Assembly: GCA_017617435.1 (NCBI GenBank)
Contig: JAFZWF010000018.1
Span: forward strand, 52,642-116,641
Length of the DNA stretch: 64,000 bases
From: Bacilli bacterium
Lineage (GTDB): Bacteria; Bacillota_I; Bacilli_A; RF39; UBA660
Reading direction: 5' to 3'
The number at the start of each line of letters is the position of its first letter. The first letter of the stretch is position 1. Position numbers and translations under genes: made by a program. The notes under the pieces are model-generated. The model worked only from the letters and a program-made list of their open reading frames with translations. It did not search any database and was not told the DNA's origin. Positions 36,333 to 47,312 of this stretch are shown in pieces.

Positions 36333-37429
36333 TTTAGTCCATTAAAAAGATCAAATGCTGATTTTATTACATCATCCATATCATAGTATTTGTATTCAGC
36401 AAGTCTTCCTCCAAATATTACATTTTCTTCTTTACTAGCAAGTTCTCTATATCTATTAGCAAGTTCATTATTTTTACTATCATTAACTGTATAATATTTT
36501 TCCATGCCTTCTTTATAATCAGCAGGATATTCAAAAGTTACTACAGTTTTTGGACTTGTTGAATCAAATTCAAAATGTTTATGTTCAATTACCCTAGTGT
36601 AATCAACCTCATGACCTGTATAATTAACAACAGCATTACCTTGATAATTTGTTTGATTTAAAATCTTAGTATCAAATTTTAAACTTCTCCATTCTAGTTT
36701 ACCAAGAGAATAACTAAAATATTCATCAATAGGTCCGGTATATACAATTTTTTTAGCTATACTTTTATAGTAATCTACATTATCAAAATAATTTGTATTA
36801 AGTTTAACTTCTATACCTTCAAGCATTTTTTCAACTAATTTAGTATAACCGCCGATTGGAATACCTTGATATTTGTCATTAAAATAATTATTATCATAAA
36901 TTAATCTAACAGGCAATCTTTTAATTATAAATGAAGGTAAATCTTTACAATCTCTATTCCACTGTTTTTCTGTATATCCTTTAATTAATTTTTCATAAAT
37001 GGTTCTACCAACTAAAGAAATAGCTTGTTCTTCAAGATTCTGTGGTTCATGATCTATTTCTTTTTTTTCTTCTTCAATATGTTTAAGTGCATCTTCAGGA
37101 GTAAAAACATCATCCCACATTTTTGAAAACGTATTCATATTAAAAGGCATATTATAAACTTCATTACCTATTCTCGCTATTGGCGAATTAGTGTATCGAT
37201 TAAATTCAACAAAAGAATTAACATAATCCCAAACATCTTTATAGTCAGTATGAAAAATATGAGCACCATATTTGTGAACATTAATTCCCTCAATGTTTTT
37301 AGTATAAACATTTCCTGCAATATGATTCCTTCGATCGATAACGAGTACTTTTTTTCCTTGTTTAGAAGCTAAATTAGCAAATGTTGAACCGAATAAACCA
37401 GATCCAACTATTAAATAATCATATTTCAT
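36329..37429 (-). CDS. glf: UDP-galactopyranose mutase
   Basis: YDYLIVGSGLFGSTFA FAD loop, GAHIFHT, YTEKQW and GGRLAEYKYYDMDDVI. ATG 37429 follows AAAGGAGAA. Confidence 0.9.
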   Translation of the reverse strand: MKYDYLIVGSGLFGSTFANLASKQGKKVLVIDRRNHIAGNVYTKNIEGINVHKYGAHIFHTDYKDVWDYVNSFVEFNRYTNSPIARIGNEVYNMPFNMNTFSKMWDDVFTPEDALKHIEEEKKEIDHEPQNLEEQAISLVGRTIYEKLIKGYTEKQWNRDCKDLPSFIIKRLPVRLIYDNNYFNDKYQGIPIGGYTKLVEKMLEGIEVKLNTNYFDNVDYYKSIAKKIVYTGPIDEYFSYSLGKLEWRSLKFDTKILNQTNYQGNAVVNYTGHEVDYTRVIEHKHFEFDSTSPKTVVTFEYPADYKEGMEKYYTVNDSKNNELANRYRELASKEENVIFGGRLAEYKYYDMDDVIKSAFDLFNGLK

Positions 37430-37459
37430 AGTTTCTCCTTTGTGTTTTTTGGACAATTA

Positions 37460-38860
37460 TTATTTATTTAATTTTTTTTTGGTAAAATTTAGAAAAAGAG
37501 AGATTGTTTTTCTATTTAATATCACGCAGAATATTAAAACGATAATTAATGTTAAAATATTAACAGCTATTTTCTTAGAATAGTATGAATACATAACGAT
37601 TAATGCAATTAAAACTTTCAATATTGTTAAAGTTATCGAATCATAAGAAAGAGTAATCTTATTTTTTATTCTATTTTTTCTAATTATATATACAGTAAAT
37701 GTAGCAATTAATGTTGAGCCAACAGCTGCCCATATTCCAATAAAACGTATACATATAATATTTATAATCAAATTAATAATTGCCGATATCAATGTAGTGT
37801 ATCCCATGATTTTTGTATCTTTATACGCCGAAAAAATTCCGCCATAGAATCCAGACATATTACTATAAAACATTGATATTAATAAGACAGGAATATATAT
37901 ATAAGCATCTTTAAATTCATTTTTTATCAAAAAATTAAATACAAAAGGCATACAAGCACACATTCCGATAACTATTGAAAATAAAATGCCTTTTAACATA
38001 TCATAAATATTATTGTAAAAAGTCGAACTATCATCATCTTTAAGTGCTTTTGCAGCTGATTCTTTCCATGCAGTATAGAAAAAGCCATAAATGTTATCCA
38101 TTACTGTTGGAAATTTGTTAGCCATAGCATACACGCCATTTGCAGACGGTCCCATAAAGCTTGTTAATATTAATCTATCCGAAGTATTAATTGTGGCCCA
38201 AGATATACTGTTTGGCACAAGCGGTAAAGAATATTTTTTCATTTCTTTTAATTTGCGTTTATCGTTAAATTTTAAGGATTTATAAATTTTAAACTTGAAT
38301 GTAATAAAGATAACACACAAAAAATTTACTATTATTGCAGAATACAATAGTGACTTATAACCTAACCTTAGTTTTAATATAAAGATTATATTTAGAATTA
38401 TAACAGTTACGCTGTTTAAAAAATTTAATGCTGAATATACTTTAATTTTTCCAAAACCTCTTAAAATAGCATTAATTGATGTCATAAGCACACCCGATAT
38501 AATATAAATCAATGCAATGTATATATCAACTTTACTGATAATAACCCCTATAAACAATATTAAAATTGTATAAATAAGTAACCGTTTAATAATGTATCTT
38601 ACGACCTGTGATATTATTTCATCTTTCTCTTCATCAGTTTTTGCATCAATCAAAAACCTAAACATTGACTCTTCCATTAACAAAGTTATGATTGGAATTA
38701 GAAAAATGGATATAGTCCATACAAAATCATATATACCATATTCTCTTGTACTTAATACAGAAGTATATAATGGAAGTAAAAAAATTGATAACACCTGAGT
38801 TCCAAACTTACCTATTCCAATAATTATTGTGTTAAATATTAATTCCTTTTTTCTACTCAT
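37460..38860 (-). CDS. wzx: Wzx-type oligosaccharide flippase (MOP superfamily)
   Basis: 466 aa with about 12-14 TM helices. N-terminus is typical of polysaccharide biosynthesis proteins, and the gene sits in a glycan locus. Confidence 0.7.
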   Translation of the reverse strand: MSRKKELIFNTIIIGIGKFGTQVLSIFLLPLYTSVLSTREYGIYDFVWTISIFLIPIITLLMEESMFRFLIDAKTDEEKDEIISQVVRYIIKRLLIYTILILFIGVIISKVDIYIALIYIISGVLMTSINAILRGFGKIKVYSALNFLNSVTVIILNIIFILKLRLGYKSLLYSAIIVNFLCVIFITFKFKIYKSLKFNDKRKLKEMKKYSLPLVPNSISWATINTSDRLILTSFMGPSANGVYAMANKFPTVMDNIYGFFYTAWKESAAKALKDDDSSTFYNNIYDMLKGILFSIVIGMCACMPFVFNFLIKNEFKDAYIYIPVLLISMFYSNMSGFYGGIFSAYKDTKIMGYTTLISAIINLIINIICIRFIGIWAAVGSTLIATFTVYIIRKNRIKNKITLSYDSITLTILKVLIALIVMYSYYSKKIAVNILTLIIVLIFCVILNRKTISLFLNFTKKKLNK

Positions 38861-40004
38861 ATTTTCTACCTTTAATTCTATGATATATATTACTAATAAT
38901 TTTTACTTGTTTTAGATGTTGTTTGAATGTTCTAGTTTTTTTGCATGCTTTTTCATAGCCAAATTTTTTGTAATATTTAAAAAACTTGTTATAATTTTTA
39001 TGTTTTTTTGCAGGTAATTGTAATTGTGAATTACCATTTATTGCTTCATCTAGTGGTCTTTCTTCATAAATAACATCTCTTAAACATTTTTCGACAAAAT
39101 ATTTGCCTTTTTCTGTATTTGGCATAACTAGAGAAATTCCTTTTTTATCATCCTTAAAATATTTGTTTTGACTTTTTAACCCCCAAAAATCACCAATTGT
39201 TATATCAGATACTCTTTGCTTCTTAGCATATTTGCATTCGTAGCAATTCTCTCTAAATATCATCGAGTTCAAAAATCTATATAGATAATAATTAGTATCC
39301 CAACTTTCTTTATATATACAATTATTATCATTTTTTTCTATTATGAAAACTTTGCTAGATCCATCTCTAAATTTTACACTACTAATCAAGTTTGTATCTT
39401 TAACATGAAGTTTTAATTCATCGTTTAAAAATTTTTGAGTTGGAACACCATGGCAAATTAAATCAACAGTAAGAAGATTTTCGTATTCTTTTTTTAAAAA
39501 TAATTTCAATCCAGCAATTTGGCATGGGGTTCCTATAAATAATACTTGATTATTATTCTTTAAATCTTCTTGAACTTTTAAAAACATATTATCAATATAG
39601 CAGTGAACATACTTCGACCCTTTAACTTTGTATAAATCTGATTGATTTGTAATTCGAATAAATTTAAATCTTTCATTTTCAATATTGTTCGCTCCATAAA
39701 TAATTCCGCCAGATTCTAAAACTTTTAAATAGAAAGTTGTTGCCGCTCCTCCAGAGGTACTATCATTTCTAATTTTTTTGTCTTTATTATATAGCGCATA
39801 TGCAGTTATAGGTTCATTATATTTAACATCATTTAATTGTGGGCATGTTTTTTTGCAAAGACCACAATTAATACATTTGTCCTCGTCTATAATAGGATAT
39901 ATTCTGCCAAAGTCATCTTCTATCATTTTTATAGCATTCTTTGGACATATATTAAAGCACGCAAAACATCCAGTACATTTCTTTTTTTCACATATCTTAT
40001 TCAT
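38853..40004 (-). CDS. FrhB/FdhB-like (coenzyme F420 hydrogenase beta-type) 4Fe-4S protein
   Basis: Two ferredoxin motifs, CTGCFACFNICP and CINCGLCKKTCP. Sits in the usual partnership with a pyruvyl transferase. Confidence 0.7.
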   Translation of the reverse strand: MNKICEKKKCTGCFACFNICPKNAIKMIEDDFGRIYPIIDEDKCINCGLCKKTCPQLNDVKYNEPITAYALYNKDKKIRNDSTSGGAATTFYLKVLESGGIIYGANNIENERFKFIRITNQSDLYKVKGSKYVHCYIDNMFLKVQEDLKNNNQVLFIGTPCQIAGLKLFLKKEYENLLTVDLICHGVPTQKFLNDELKLHVKDTNLISSVKFRDGSSKVFIIEKNDNNCIYKESWDTNYYLYRFLNSMIFRENCYECKYAKKQRVSDITIGDFWGLKSQNKYFKDDKKGISLVMPNTEKGKYFVEKCLRDVIYEERPLDEAINGNSQLQLPAKKHKNYNKFFKYYKKFGYEKACKKTRTFKQHLKQVKIISNIYHRIKGRKYE

Positions 40005-41148
40005 GGTTATCTCCAATATCTAACGCACTTAAAAGATATTTTTTACTCTTTTCCCTTTCATTTCTAATGATAAGATTAGAATTTTTAAAATCAACATTAA
40101 ATGCATTATCACATATAAAGTCAAGATTATCGGTTTCAGCAATCATGCGATCTTCTAATTTCATTACTGTGAGTAATGTTGAAATCCTGTAATCATTTTT
40201 CCCATTTAGTGCATAAAATGGGACATTAAATATAATTGAAAAAATAGTTCCGTGAAATGACGAGGAAATAATAAGTTTTGCATTTTTTACTAAATTTAAG
40301 AAATCTAATGGCCCAGAATCATATTTTTTAATGAACCCGCTCATTATTTCATATTTCAAAGCAGGATAAGCAACAACTACTTTTATACCCATTTTTTTAG
40401 ATACTTTTTTTAAAAATGACACTCTTGATTTACTGGGTTTTAAAGAATAATATAAAATATATTGATCATTAACAATTTTTCTATTATCAATAATCATGTC
40501 CCATTCATTTTTAGTTAATAATATTGTAGGATCCATATTAATAGATACATTTTTGTTTGTAAATTGTTTAATAAAGTTTCTTGTTCCTTCTTCTCTTACA
40601 GAAATTTTATCATACATGTTAACCAGTTTTGAAATTTTTCTGCGATCTGTGTTTGATATATTATTTTTTTTAGGGCCAGAACTAACAGCATAGGATATCT
40701 TTTTTTTAGAAGGAATTTCATCTAAATAATAGCTCCAGTCAAAATCATAGGCATCTAAATTCCATACTTGATCACTTCCAGAAATACATAAATCATAATT
40801 AACATTATCACTTATAATATCTTCTCTAGTTTTATATTCTTTTGTAAGTTTTAAATATTCATTTATAAAAAGTTCAAATTTTTTTTGTCTTGTTTCTAAA
40901 ATTTTACCATAAAGAAATCGTTTAATCATTTTTTTAATAATGTTATTATTTTTATAATTGTAAATGTCATTTTGAGCCATTGTTCTTAAATTTATTATTG
41001 AATAATCTACATGAATATTATATTCTTTTGATAATTTTAATATATATTTTTGTAAAGCATATGCTTGTAAATTTGATCCAAAGTTATATGCTGAATGAAA
41101 TGTTAATGTACCAATTTTCACATTTACTACCTCCGTAAATCTATTCAA
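39997..41148 (-). CDS. polysaccharide pyruvyl transferase
   Basis: N-terminal GTLTFHSAYNFGSNLQAYALQ and C-terminal SSSFHGTIFS motifs of the PS_pyruv_trans family. Confidence 0.75.
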   Translation of the reverse strand: MNRFTEVVNVKIGTLTFHSAYNFGSNLQAYALQKYILKLSKEYNIHVDYSIINLRTMAQNDIYNYKNNNIIKKMIKRFLYGKILETRQKKFELFINEYLKLTKEYKTREDIISDNVNYDLCISGSDQVWNLDAYDFDWSYYLDEIPSKKKISYAVSSGPKKNNISNTDRRKISKLVNMYDKISVREEGTRNFIKQFTNKNVSINMDPTILLTKNEWDMIIDNRKIVNDQYILYYSLKPSKSRVSFLKKVSKKMGIKVVVAYPALKYEIMSGFIKKYDSGPLDFLNLVKNAKLIISSSFHGTIFSIIFNVPFYALNGKNDYRISTLLTVMKLEDRMIAETDNLDFICDNAFNVDFKNSNLIIRNEREKSKKYLLSALDIGDNHE

Positions 41149-42094
41149 ACTTTTTTAGTTTTGAATTTCTACTTTTATTTCTAATTTTATATATAAAAGG
41201 TAAATAGATTTTTATAAATAGTTTAATTTTTTCTGTTATCGTTATTCTATTAGATTTAAAAACTGTTCGTTTTGATTTTTTTAAATTTAAATCACAAAAA
41301 ACTTTTTTTCCTATATTTTTATTAAATTCATAATAAAACCATATTAATGAATATAAAAAATATATACACAAATTATTGCTAGTTTCGTAATCATTTTTAA
41401 TTATTTTGTATGCATCAAATATTGTTAATATTTTAGACTGGTCATTTCCTGAAACAACACTAGAGTTTCTAATTCTATAGTTATATAAGCAATCACTTAT
41501 AATATATACATTGTTACAAAATTTTAAGTAGTTTACTAAAAATAGTTGATCTTCACACATATGTATATTATTTTCAAAAAGAATATTATTATTTTTAATA
41601 ATATTACATTTAAAAATTTTGTTCCAAACAAAACCTTTATAACCATTAAATTTAAAAATCTGATTATTTGCTTCATCAATACTAATACTAGTATTGTCTT
41701 CAGTAATTTTTCTCTCAATTTTAGCATTTAAATATTCTTCATAATACCCACATGAAATTAAATCAAACTCTGGTGTATACTTAACCAAATATTCTATATA
41801 GTTTTTATTAGCATAATCGTCAGAATCTACAAAAACAATATACTCGCCACGCGCATGCTGAATCCCTAAATTTCTTGCAGAAGAAACCCCCTCATTTTTT
41901 TTATGAAAAACATTTATTCTTGAATCTTTCATTTTCCATTCATCACATATTTTTGATGATCCATCAGTAGATCCATCATCAACTAATATAATTTCAAGTT
42001 TGTCGTATGACTGACTTACAATACTTTCAATACATTTATCCAAGTATTTTTCAATGTTATATACAGGAACTATTACCGAAACTAATTTTTTCAT
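41141..42094 (-). CDS. family 2 glycosyltransferase
   Basis: VSVIVPVYNIEKYL, LVDDGSTDGS, VDSDD. Confidence 0.85.
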   Translation of the reverse strand: MKKLVSVIVPVYNIEKYLDKCIESIVSQSYDKLEIILVDDGSTDGSSKICDEWKMKDSRINVFHKKNEGVSSARNLGIQHARGEYIVFVDSDDYANKNYIEYLVKYTPEFDLISCGYYEEYLNAKIERKITEDNTSISIDEANNQIFKFNGYKGFVWNKIFKCNIIKNNNILFENNIHMCEDQLFLVNYLKFCNNVYIISDCLYNYRIRNSSVVSGNDQSKILTIFDAYKIIKNDYETSNNLCIYFLYSLIWFYYEFNKNIGKKVFCDLNLKKSKRTVFKSNRITITEKIKLFIKIYLPFIYKIRNKSRNSKLKKFE

Positions 42095-42133
42095 TAAATC
42101 ACCTACCTATTAATTAAGTACATAAGTTGATAT

Positions 42134-43462
42134 TTATTCATGAATGTTATTATTTAAGGAATTTGAATTGCACAACTTATCATTATTCTGATTATTTTTT
42201 TTAATTAATAGATAATTGAACACAAAAGATGAATAAATATAATATGAAGAAAATTGAAATTTTTCAAAACTAAAAATTAAACCATAACAGATTATTATAT
42301 AAAAAACGATGTGTCGCTTATTTTGATATTCCTTCAATTTTATATAAAAATGAGTTGCAAAAATTCCATATAAAATAGAAATTATAATAACACTTATAAA
42401 ACCATAGTCAAGATATAGGTTATAATACATTGTTGCGAATGCATTATAATTATGATGATTAACTTTAAACACATTAATCCAAGTGCTAGCTGGTTTTATA
42501 ATAATTGAGTCTAAATAGTCAGAATTTTTAAATTTATGCTGAGTCAAAACTGATATTTTTTCAGTAAACTGATATAATCCATAAAATGACGAATAACCGT
42601 GTAATCTAATATTTTCATTATCTACATAATCAATCATATGTGAAAAAATAGGAATAGGAGACCCTAGATAAGAATATAAAGTTGGGACCGAATTTTTAGT
42701 ATTACGATTTCTTATAAAAGTTGAAGTTAAAATCAAAGAAATTCCAACCACAAAAACCATTAATATTTTTAATAGAATTGACTTATTAATATTTTTATAT
42801 TTAATAAATAATAAAATTAATATGCTAATCAGCAATTTCAAAATCATTGTTCTTCCAGCAGTGCAATAAACAAATAATACAAGTAGCACTATTAGTAAAA
42901 TTAATGATATTTTATCAGTTTTTCTTTCAAAAAAAGATAAAATTACAATTGGCATACAAATAGTTAAAACTGCAACAGAAGTAAAATCAAATATAGTAAA
43001 TATGGCTCCACTTTTTATTAGAGGTTCTACATCCCAATATGCATAATACATAGCCCTAATACTAGAATAACTGACACCATTTAAAATAAGATGTGTAACT
43101 TTAACACTTAATAGAATATTTAATATAATTGCGAATGACAAAAGTATTCTAATCAATGTCCAATTATAATTATATATGTAACTGTTTCTAGTAGTTTCTA
43201 GATCATTATTAGTCATTTTATTTCTTTTAGTATGAATAATTTTTGTTAGTAAGTAGCCAAAATTAAAACATAGTGTCCCAATCATAATAATAACTATTGA
43301 CTTATTGGAATAGTCTATCATTTTATATAGTTTTAAATACGCAAAAAAAGTTACAATAAGCCATATACCATTAAAAATAGTTAAAGGGTTAAATAAATTT
43401 TTTTCAATAATAATTGAAGAAACCAAGAAAATAATCAAAATTACCAGTAAAAGTTGTATCAT
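42134..43462 (-). CDS. Wzy-type repeat-unit polymerase (polytopic membrane protein)
   Basis: 442 aa with more than 10 TM helices and a larger loop. The call rests on position between GT genes and Wzx. Confidence 0.5.
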   Translation of the reverse strand: MIQLLLVILIIFLVSSIIIEKNLFNPLTIFNGIWLIVTFFAYLKLYKMIDYSNKSIVIIMIGTLCFNFGYLLTKIIHTKRNKMTNNDLETTRNSYIYNYNWTLIRILLSFAIILNILLSVKVTHLILNGVSYSSIRAMYYAYWDVEPLIKSGAIFTIFDFTSVAVLTICMPIVILSFFERKTDKISLILLIVLLVLFVYCTAGRTMILKLLISILILLFIKYKNINKSILLKILMVFVVGISLILTSTFIRNRNTKNSVPTLYSYLGSPIPIFSHMIDYVDNENIRLHGYSSFYGLYQFTEKISVLTQHKFKNSDYLDSIIIKPASTWINVFKVNHHNYNAFATMYYNLYLDYGFISVIIISILYGIFATHFYIKLKEYQNKRHIVFYIIICYGLIFSFEKFQFSSYYIYSSFVFNYLLIKKNNQNNDKLCNSNSLNNNIHE

Positions 43463-43474
43463 TATATCAAACTC

Positions 43475-44209
43475 CTATTTTTTTATTTTTTTAATAATTT
43501 TTTTTGCATTATTTCGACCTATCAATAAAATCAAACACTTTTTAACAAAATGTTTAATTTTATCTTTTCTTGTAAGCCAAGATTGAGAAAAATGGTGGAT
43601 TGCAATTGTGTTTTTAGTAATTTTCTTTTTCCCTGTTTCGTAATCTATTGGGCAAAAATACTCTTTAGATAAAAAACATACATTGTCTATTATCTTTTTA
43701 TCACATAAATCCATATTTGGATATAAATCATTAATCACTTTGGTATTTGTAATTGGGCATGGAGTAAGATCATATCCGTCTTTAGTTATAAATTTTTTAT
43801 CATTATATGAATCTAACATCTTCTTAACTATATTGTTATGTTTTTTAGCACCAAAACCAATACCAGTATTAAAATTTACATCATCTTCCTTAGCAAAAAA
43901 AGCATCGTATTCAAGCAATGAATCCAATTTTTTTAACAATTCTACATCAGTGTCGAGATAAACTCCGCCTTCGTTATATATAATGAAGAGTCTTGCAAAA
44001 TCAGAAACAAAAGCCCATTTTTTAGCATCATATGCTTGTTTAACATATTCGTTTTCATTAAAATCAAAGTTGTTTTCATTCCACAATTTAATTTTGTAAT
44101 CAGGACATTTTGTTTCCCATGATTTTATACAATCTTTAACAATTTTAGGCATAGGATTATTACCAAACCAACAATAATGTATGATTTTTGGAATATTTTT
44201 CTTTTGCAT
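43475..44209 (-). CDS. GT32-like glycosyltransferase (DXD sugar-binding region)
   Basis: IPKIIHYCWFG, WAFVSDFARL, GGVYLDTDVE. Confidence 0.75.
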   Translation of the reverse strand: MQKKNIPKIIHYCWFGNNPMPKIVKDCIKSWETKCPDYKIKLWNENNFDFNENEYVKQAYDAKKWAFVSDFARLFIIYNEGGVYLDTDVELLKKLDSLLEYDAFFAKEDDVNFNTGIGFGAKKHNNIVKKMLDSYNDKKFITKDGYDLTPCPITNTKVINDLYPNMDLCDKKIIDNVCFLSKEYFCPIDYETGKKKITKNTIAIHHFSQSWLTRKDKIKHFVKKCLILLIGRNNAKKIIKKIKK

Positions 44210-44217
44210 AAAATCTC

Positions 44218-45195
44218 CTATCTAATTAACGAATATATTTTCCAAAAAATTTTATAAGACTTAAATCCAAGGTATGTAGAAATCAACCCTAATCTATCTC
44301 TTTTAGGAATCCTTTTATCCTTTAATACATAAGATCTGTTATTTTTAATATATTTCATTAATTCAATTTTATATTTTTTTTCAGTCTTTTTTGATTTTAC
44401 TAGTTGCGTCAATGTACTTAAATATGCATACATAATTCGCCTATCACATCCTTGTTTCAAATCGGGATACTTTTCAGTTATATAATTGCACATCTCATTT
44501 GTTGAAGTAATTAAATCCATTTTCTTTTCAGAAAAAATGCAATTTGAAATGGAATTATTTCTAATTATATAATTATATATTGGTTTGGAATTTAAAACAA
44601 TAATGTTTGATTTATCGATTAATTTATAAGTGGTAGCAGAATCCTCATATAATCTACCTTTAGGATATCTAATACCATTAAATAGAATTGTTTTATATAA
44701 TTTAGCCCAAGCAGATACGTCAAAATCCTCACTATATAACAATTTATCAAAGCAATCATGAGAATTCAAAACATATATATCTCCTGTCCCTGTATTAAAA
44801 GTCTTTTTAGGATATCTTACATATTGTTTTCCCATTGATATGTCGGCATTATAAGTAACTAAATTATCATACAAGAAATCTATATAACTTAATTCAAGAT
44901 AGTCATCAGAGTCAACAAATGAGATATATTCACCTTTTGCTATATCTATTCCAGCGTTTCTAGCATCAGATAAACCACCATTATGTTTGTGAATCACTCT
45001 AATTCTTTTATCCTTTAATACCCATTCATCACACATTTTTGGACAATTATCAGGTGATCCATCATCAACTAATATTATTTCAAGATTTTTATAAGTTTGG
45101 TTGACAATTGATTGTACGCATTTATCCAAATATTCTTCAACATTATATATTGGAACAACTACAGATATTAATGGTTTATTAGATACTTTTTTCAT
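44218..45195 (-). CDS. family 2 glycosyltransferase
   Basis: ISVVVPIYNVEEYL, LVDDGSPD, VDSDD. ATG 45195 is preferred over TTG 45207. Confidence 0.85.
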   Translation of the reverse strand: MKKVSNKPLISVVVPIYNVEEYLDKCVQSIVNQTYKNLEIILVDDGSPDNCPKMCDEWVLKDKRIRVIHKHNGGLSDARNAGIDIAKGEYISFVDSDDYLELSYIDFLYDNLVTYNADISMGKQYVRYPKKTFNTGTGDIYVLNSHDCFDKLLYSEDFDVSAWAKLYKTILFNGIRYPKGRLYEDSATTYKLIDKSNIIVLNSKPIYNYIIRNNSISNCIFSEKKMDLITSTNEMCNYITEKYPDLKQGCDRRIMYAYLSTLTQLVKSKKTEKKYKIELMKYIKNNRSYVLKDKRIPKRDRLGLISTYLGFKSYKIFWKIYSLIR

Positions 45196-45955
45196 ATTTT
45201 TTACCAAAAAATTTGGCTTTCAAAAAGCCAGTCCCTTTCTTGAACCAATTAACTTTTTCTATACTAATAACTTTAACCTCTTTATATGAATATCCTTTAA
45301 CATTAAGCCATACGTCAAAAAGCAATTCCGATATTCTTCCATATAATCTAGAATGAAAGGAATCATAATCTTTTAAATTAATTTTCGATTCAAGAGTAAA
45401 TAATATATCAAAAAGCCAAGTACAGTACTCATCAAGTTTATCTTTTTTCATAATAAACATATTAAACATATGAGCACTTCTTCTTTTTTTAAGTCTTAGA
45501 AACTGACCATAGTATTCAGGATATTTTTCTTTAATAATATTTCCTGTTATATCAAGAGGCTCGATATATAAAGAATGTTTATAATGATTATATAAATTTT
45601 CAATGTAATACCTTCTCTTTTTAGGTGTAATAATATCTACATTATCAAGAATTTTATCCGCTTCTTCTAAAGTTAATACATTTTTAAAAACATTTTTATT
45701 TTTCTTTTTTAAAGAAAAATGTCTTCTATAATGAGCTAAACCAATATAATCTACTTTTAAATTTTTCCACGCCCAATATAAACCAGTTAGCTCGCAAAAA
45801 TTAGGATTTTTTAAAGATATGTTATCATTTTCATTATCTTTCTGATAACCTAAATCATTTTTACCCTCAGCCCCTACCTGAACAGGTAAATAAATGCTAT
45901 CTGATGGCATTTGATATTTTTTATGGGTTGCTATGATAACTTTTATGTTTTTCAT
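45179..45955 (-). CDS. DUF4422-family glycosyltransferase (putative galactofuranosyltransferase type)
   Basis: IIATHKKYQMP, LPVQVGAEG, NFCELTGLYWAWKN. Confidence 0.7.
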   Translation of the reverse strand: MKNIKVIIATHKKYQMPSDSIYLPVQVGAEGKNDLGYQKDNENDNISLKNPNFCELTGLYWAWKNLKVDYIGLAHYRRHFSLKKKNKNVFKNVLTLEEADKILDNVDIITPKKRRYYIENLYNHYKHSLYIEPLDITGNIIKEKYPEYYGQFLRLKKRRSAHMFNMFIMKKDKLDEYCTWLFDILFTLESKINLKDYDSFHSRLYGRISELLFDVWLNVKGYSYKEVKVISIEKVNWFKKGTGFLKAKFFGKKYEKSI

Positions 45956-46064
45956 AAATCTACTTCACACTTCCATTTATAATATAAATTAATTTTATCA
46001 TATATATATAATCAATTCCATAAAAACAAGGCATAAATTCTAATAAAAAAAATATCTAATTACA

Positions 46065-46679
46065 TTAGATACCTTTCTTTCTTAAAATAACACCAAATGT
46101 TTTAAAGAAAATTTTAAAATCTAAACTTAAAGAAGCTTTTTTAGCATATTCCTCTTCTAATTTAAGCCTTTCTTTAAATGTAGTTTCATTATGTCCAGAT
46201 ACTTGCCAATAACCTGTGATACCTGGTTTAACAGAAACAATAGAACTAAAATATTTCCCCATATCTTTTTTTTCTTGAGGTAAATAAGGTCTATTACCAA
46301 TCAATGACATATTACCTATTAACACATTTAAAAATTGTGGCATTTCATCAAGAGATAATTTCCTTATAAGTTTTCCTGGCTTAGTAATCCTTGGATCATT
46401 CTTTAATTTTTTATATTCTTCATATTCCTTTTTTAACTCAGGATTACTATCTAATAATGCAGGTAGTTTTTTTTCTGCTTGAATAACCATAGTTCTATAT
46501 TTAATAAACCAAAATTCTTTTCCATTTTTACCAATTCTTTTTTGTTTAAGAAATACTGAATGAAAGTCACCAGTACACACATAAACAATTTTAATAATAA
46601 TTGTAATTGGAACTAGAAATATTAAGCCTATAATGCCAAATATTATATCTAAAAATCTTTTGATAATTAGGTAAAACAT
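46065..46679 (-). CDS. initiating undecaprenyl-phosphate sugar phosphotransferase (small Bac_transf type)
   Basis: KRFLDIIF, SLDEMPQFLNVLIGNMSLIGNRP, PGITGYWQVSG. Confidence 0.85.
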   Translation of the reverse strand: MFYLIIKRFLDIIFGIIGLIFLVPITIIIKIVYVCTGDFHSVFLKQKRIGKNGKEFWFIKYRTMVIQAEKKLPALLDSNPELKKEYEEYKKLKNDPRITKPGKLIRKLSLDEMPQFLNVLIGNMSLIGNRPYLPQEKKDMGKYFSSIVSVKPGITGYWQVSGHNETTFKERLKLEEEYAKKASLSLDFKIFFKTFGVILRKKGI

Positions 46680-46772
46680 TATTACTACCTCAAATCTATT
46701 TATTTATACATCTATTTGTAAACATAATTATAACATACACATTACTATTTTTCGACAAAAAAACTAAAAAAA

Positions 46773-47294
46773 TTAATATTTTTTAGTTTTTGTTCCCAGT
46801 TTATATGATACAAAATACGTTCCATATATAAGCCCACCAACAATTGCACCTGATGTATCTATTAAAACATCTTTAAATTGTCCAGTTCTACCTCCAACAA
46901 ATGTTTGATGAAATTCATCAGTACAAGCAAATATAAAACAAATTAATACTGAAATTAATAGTGCCATAAAATATCTTTTTTTCTTTTGCATTACATTTAT
47001 AAATAATATAATCATAATTGAAAGTACAAAATATACTGTTGCGTGCATCACTTTTCTAAGTGGTGCATTTAAAAGTCTACTAACTTTATCTATTTTACTT
47101 TCGCTAGGTTTAGAATTAGATAAACCAGCTTTATTAGTTATTTTAACAGAATCTTCAACAAAAACTCCTATAATTCCAGTTGAAGAAGAATTAGAATTGC
47201 TACTATTCATAGAAGATAGATAATATATTGCCCCACCCCAGAATAATATTAAAAATATATAAATACATAAAAACACTTTTTTACCAGTAGTCAT
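46773..47294 (-). CDS. VanZ-family membrane protein (second copy)
   Basis: RKVMHATVYFVLS, DEFHQTFVGGRTGQFKDVLIDTSGA. Confidence 0.7.
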   Translation of the reverse strand: MTTGKKVFLCIYIFLILFWGGAIYYLSSMNSSNSNSSSTGIIGVFVEDSVKITNKAGLSNSKPSESKIDKVSRLLNAPLRKVMHATVYFVLSIMIILFINVMQKKKRYFMALLISVLICFIFACTDEFHQTFVGGRTGQFKDVLIDTSGAIVGGLIYGTYFVSYKLGTKTKKY

Positions 47295-47312
47295 ATTTAA
47301 TTCCCTTTCAAT

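Noticed and set aside
37472-37480. T9 homopolymer in the wzx coding region as a phase-variation site.
   Set aside because: It lies within the last 9 codons (..TKKKLNK stop). A frameshift would change only the extreme C-terminus and is unlikely to switch function.
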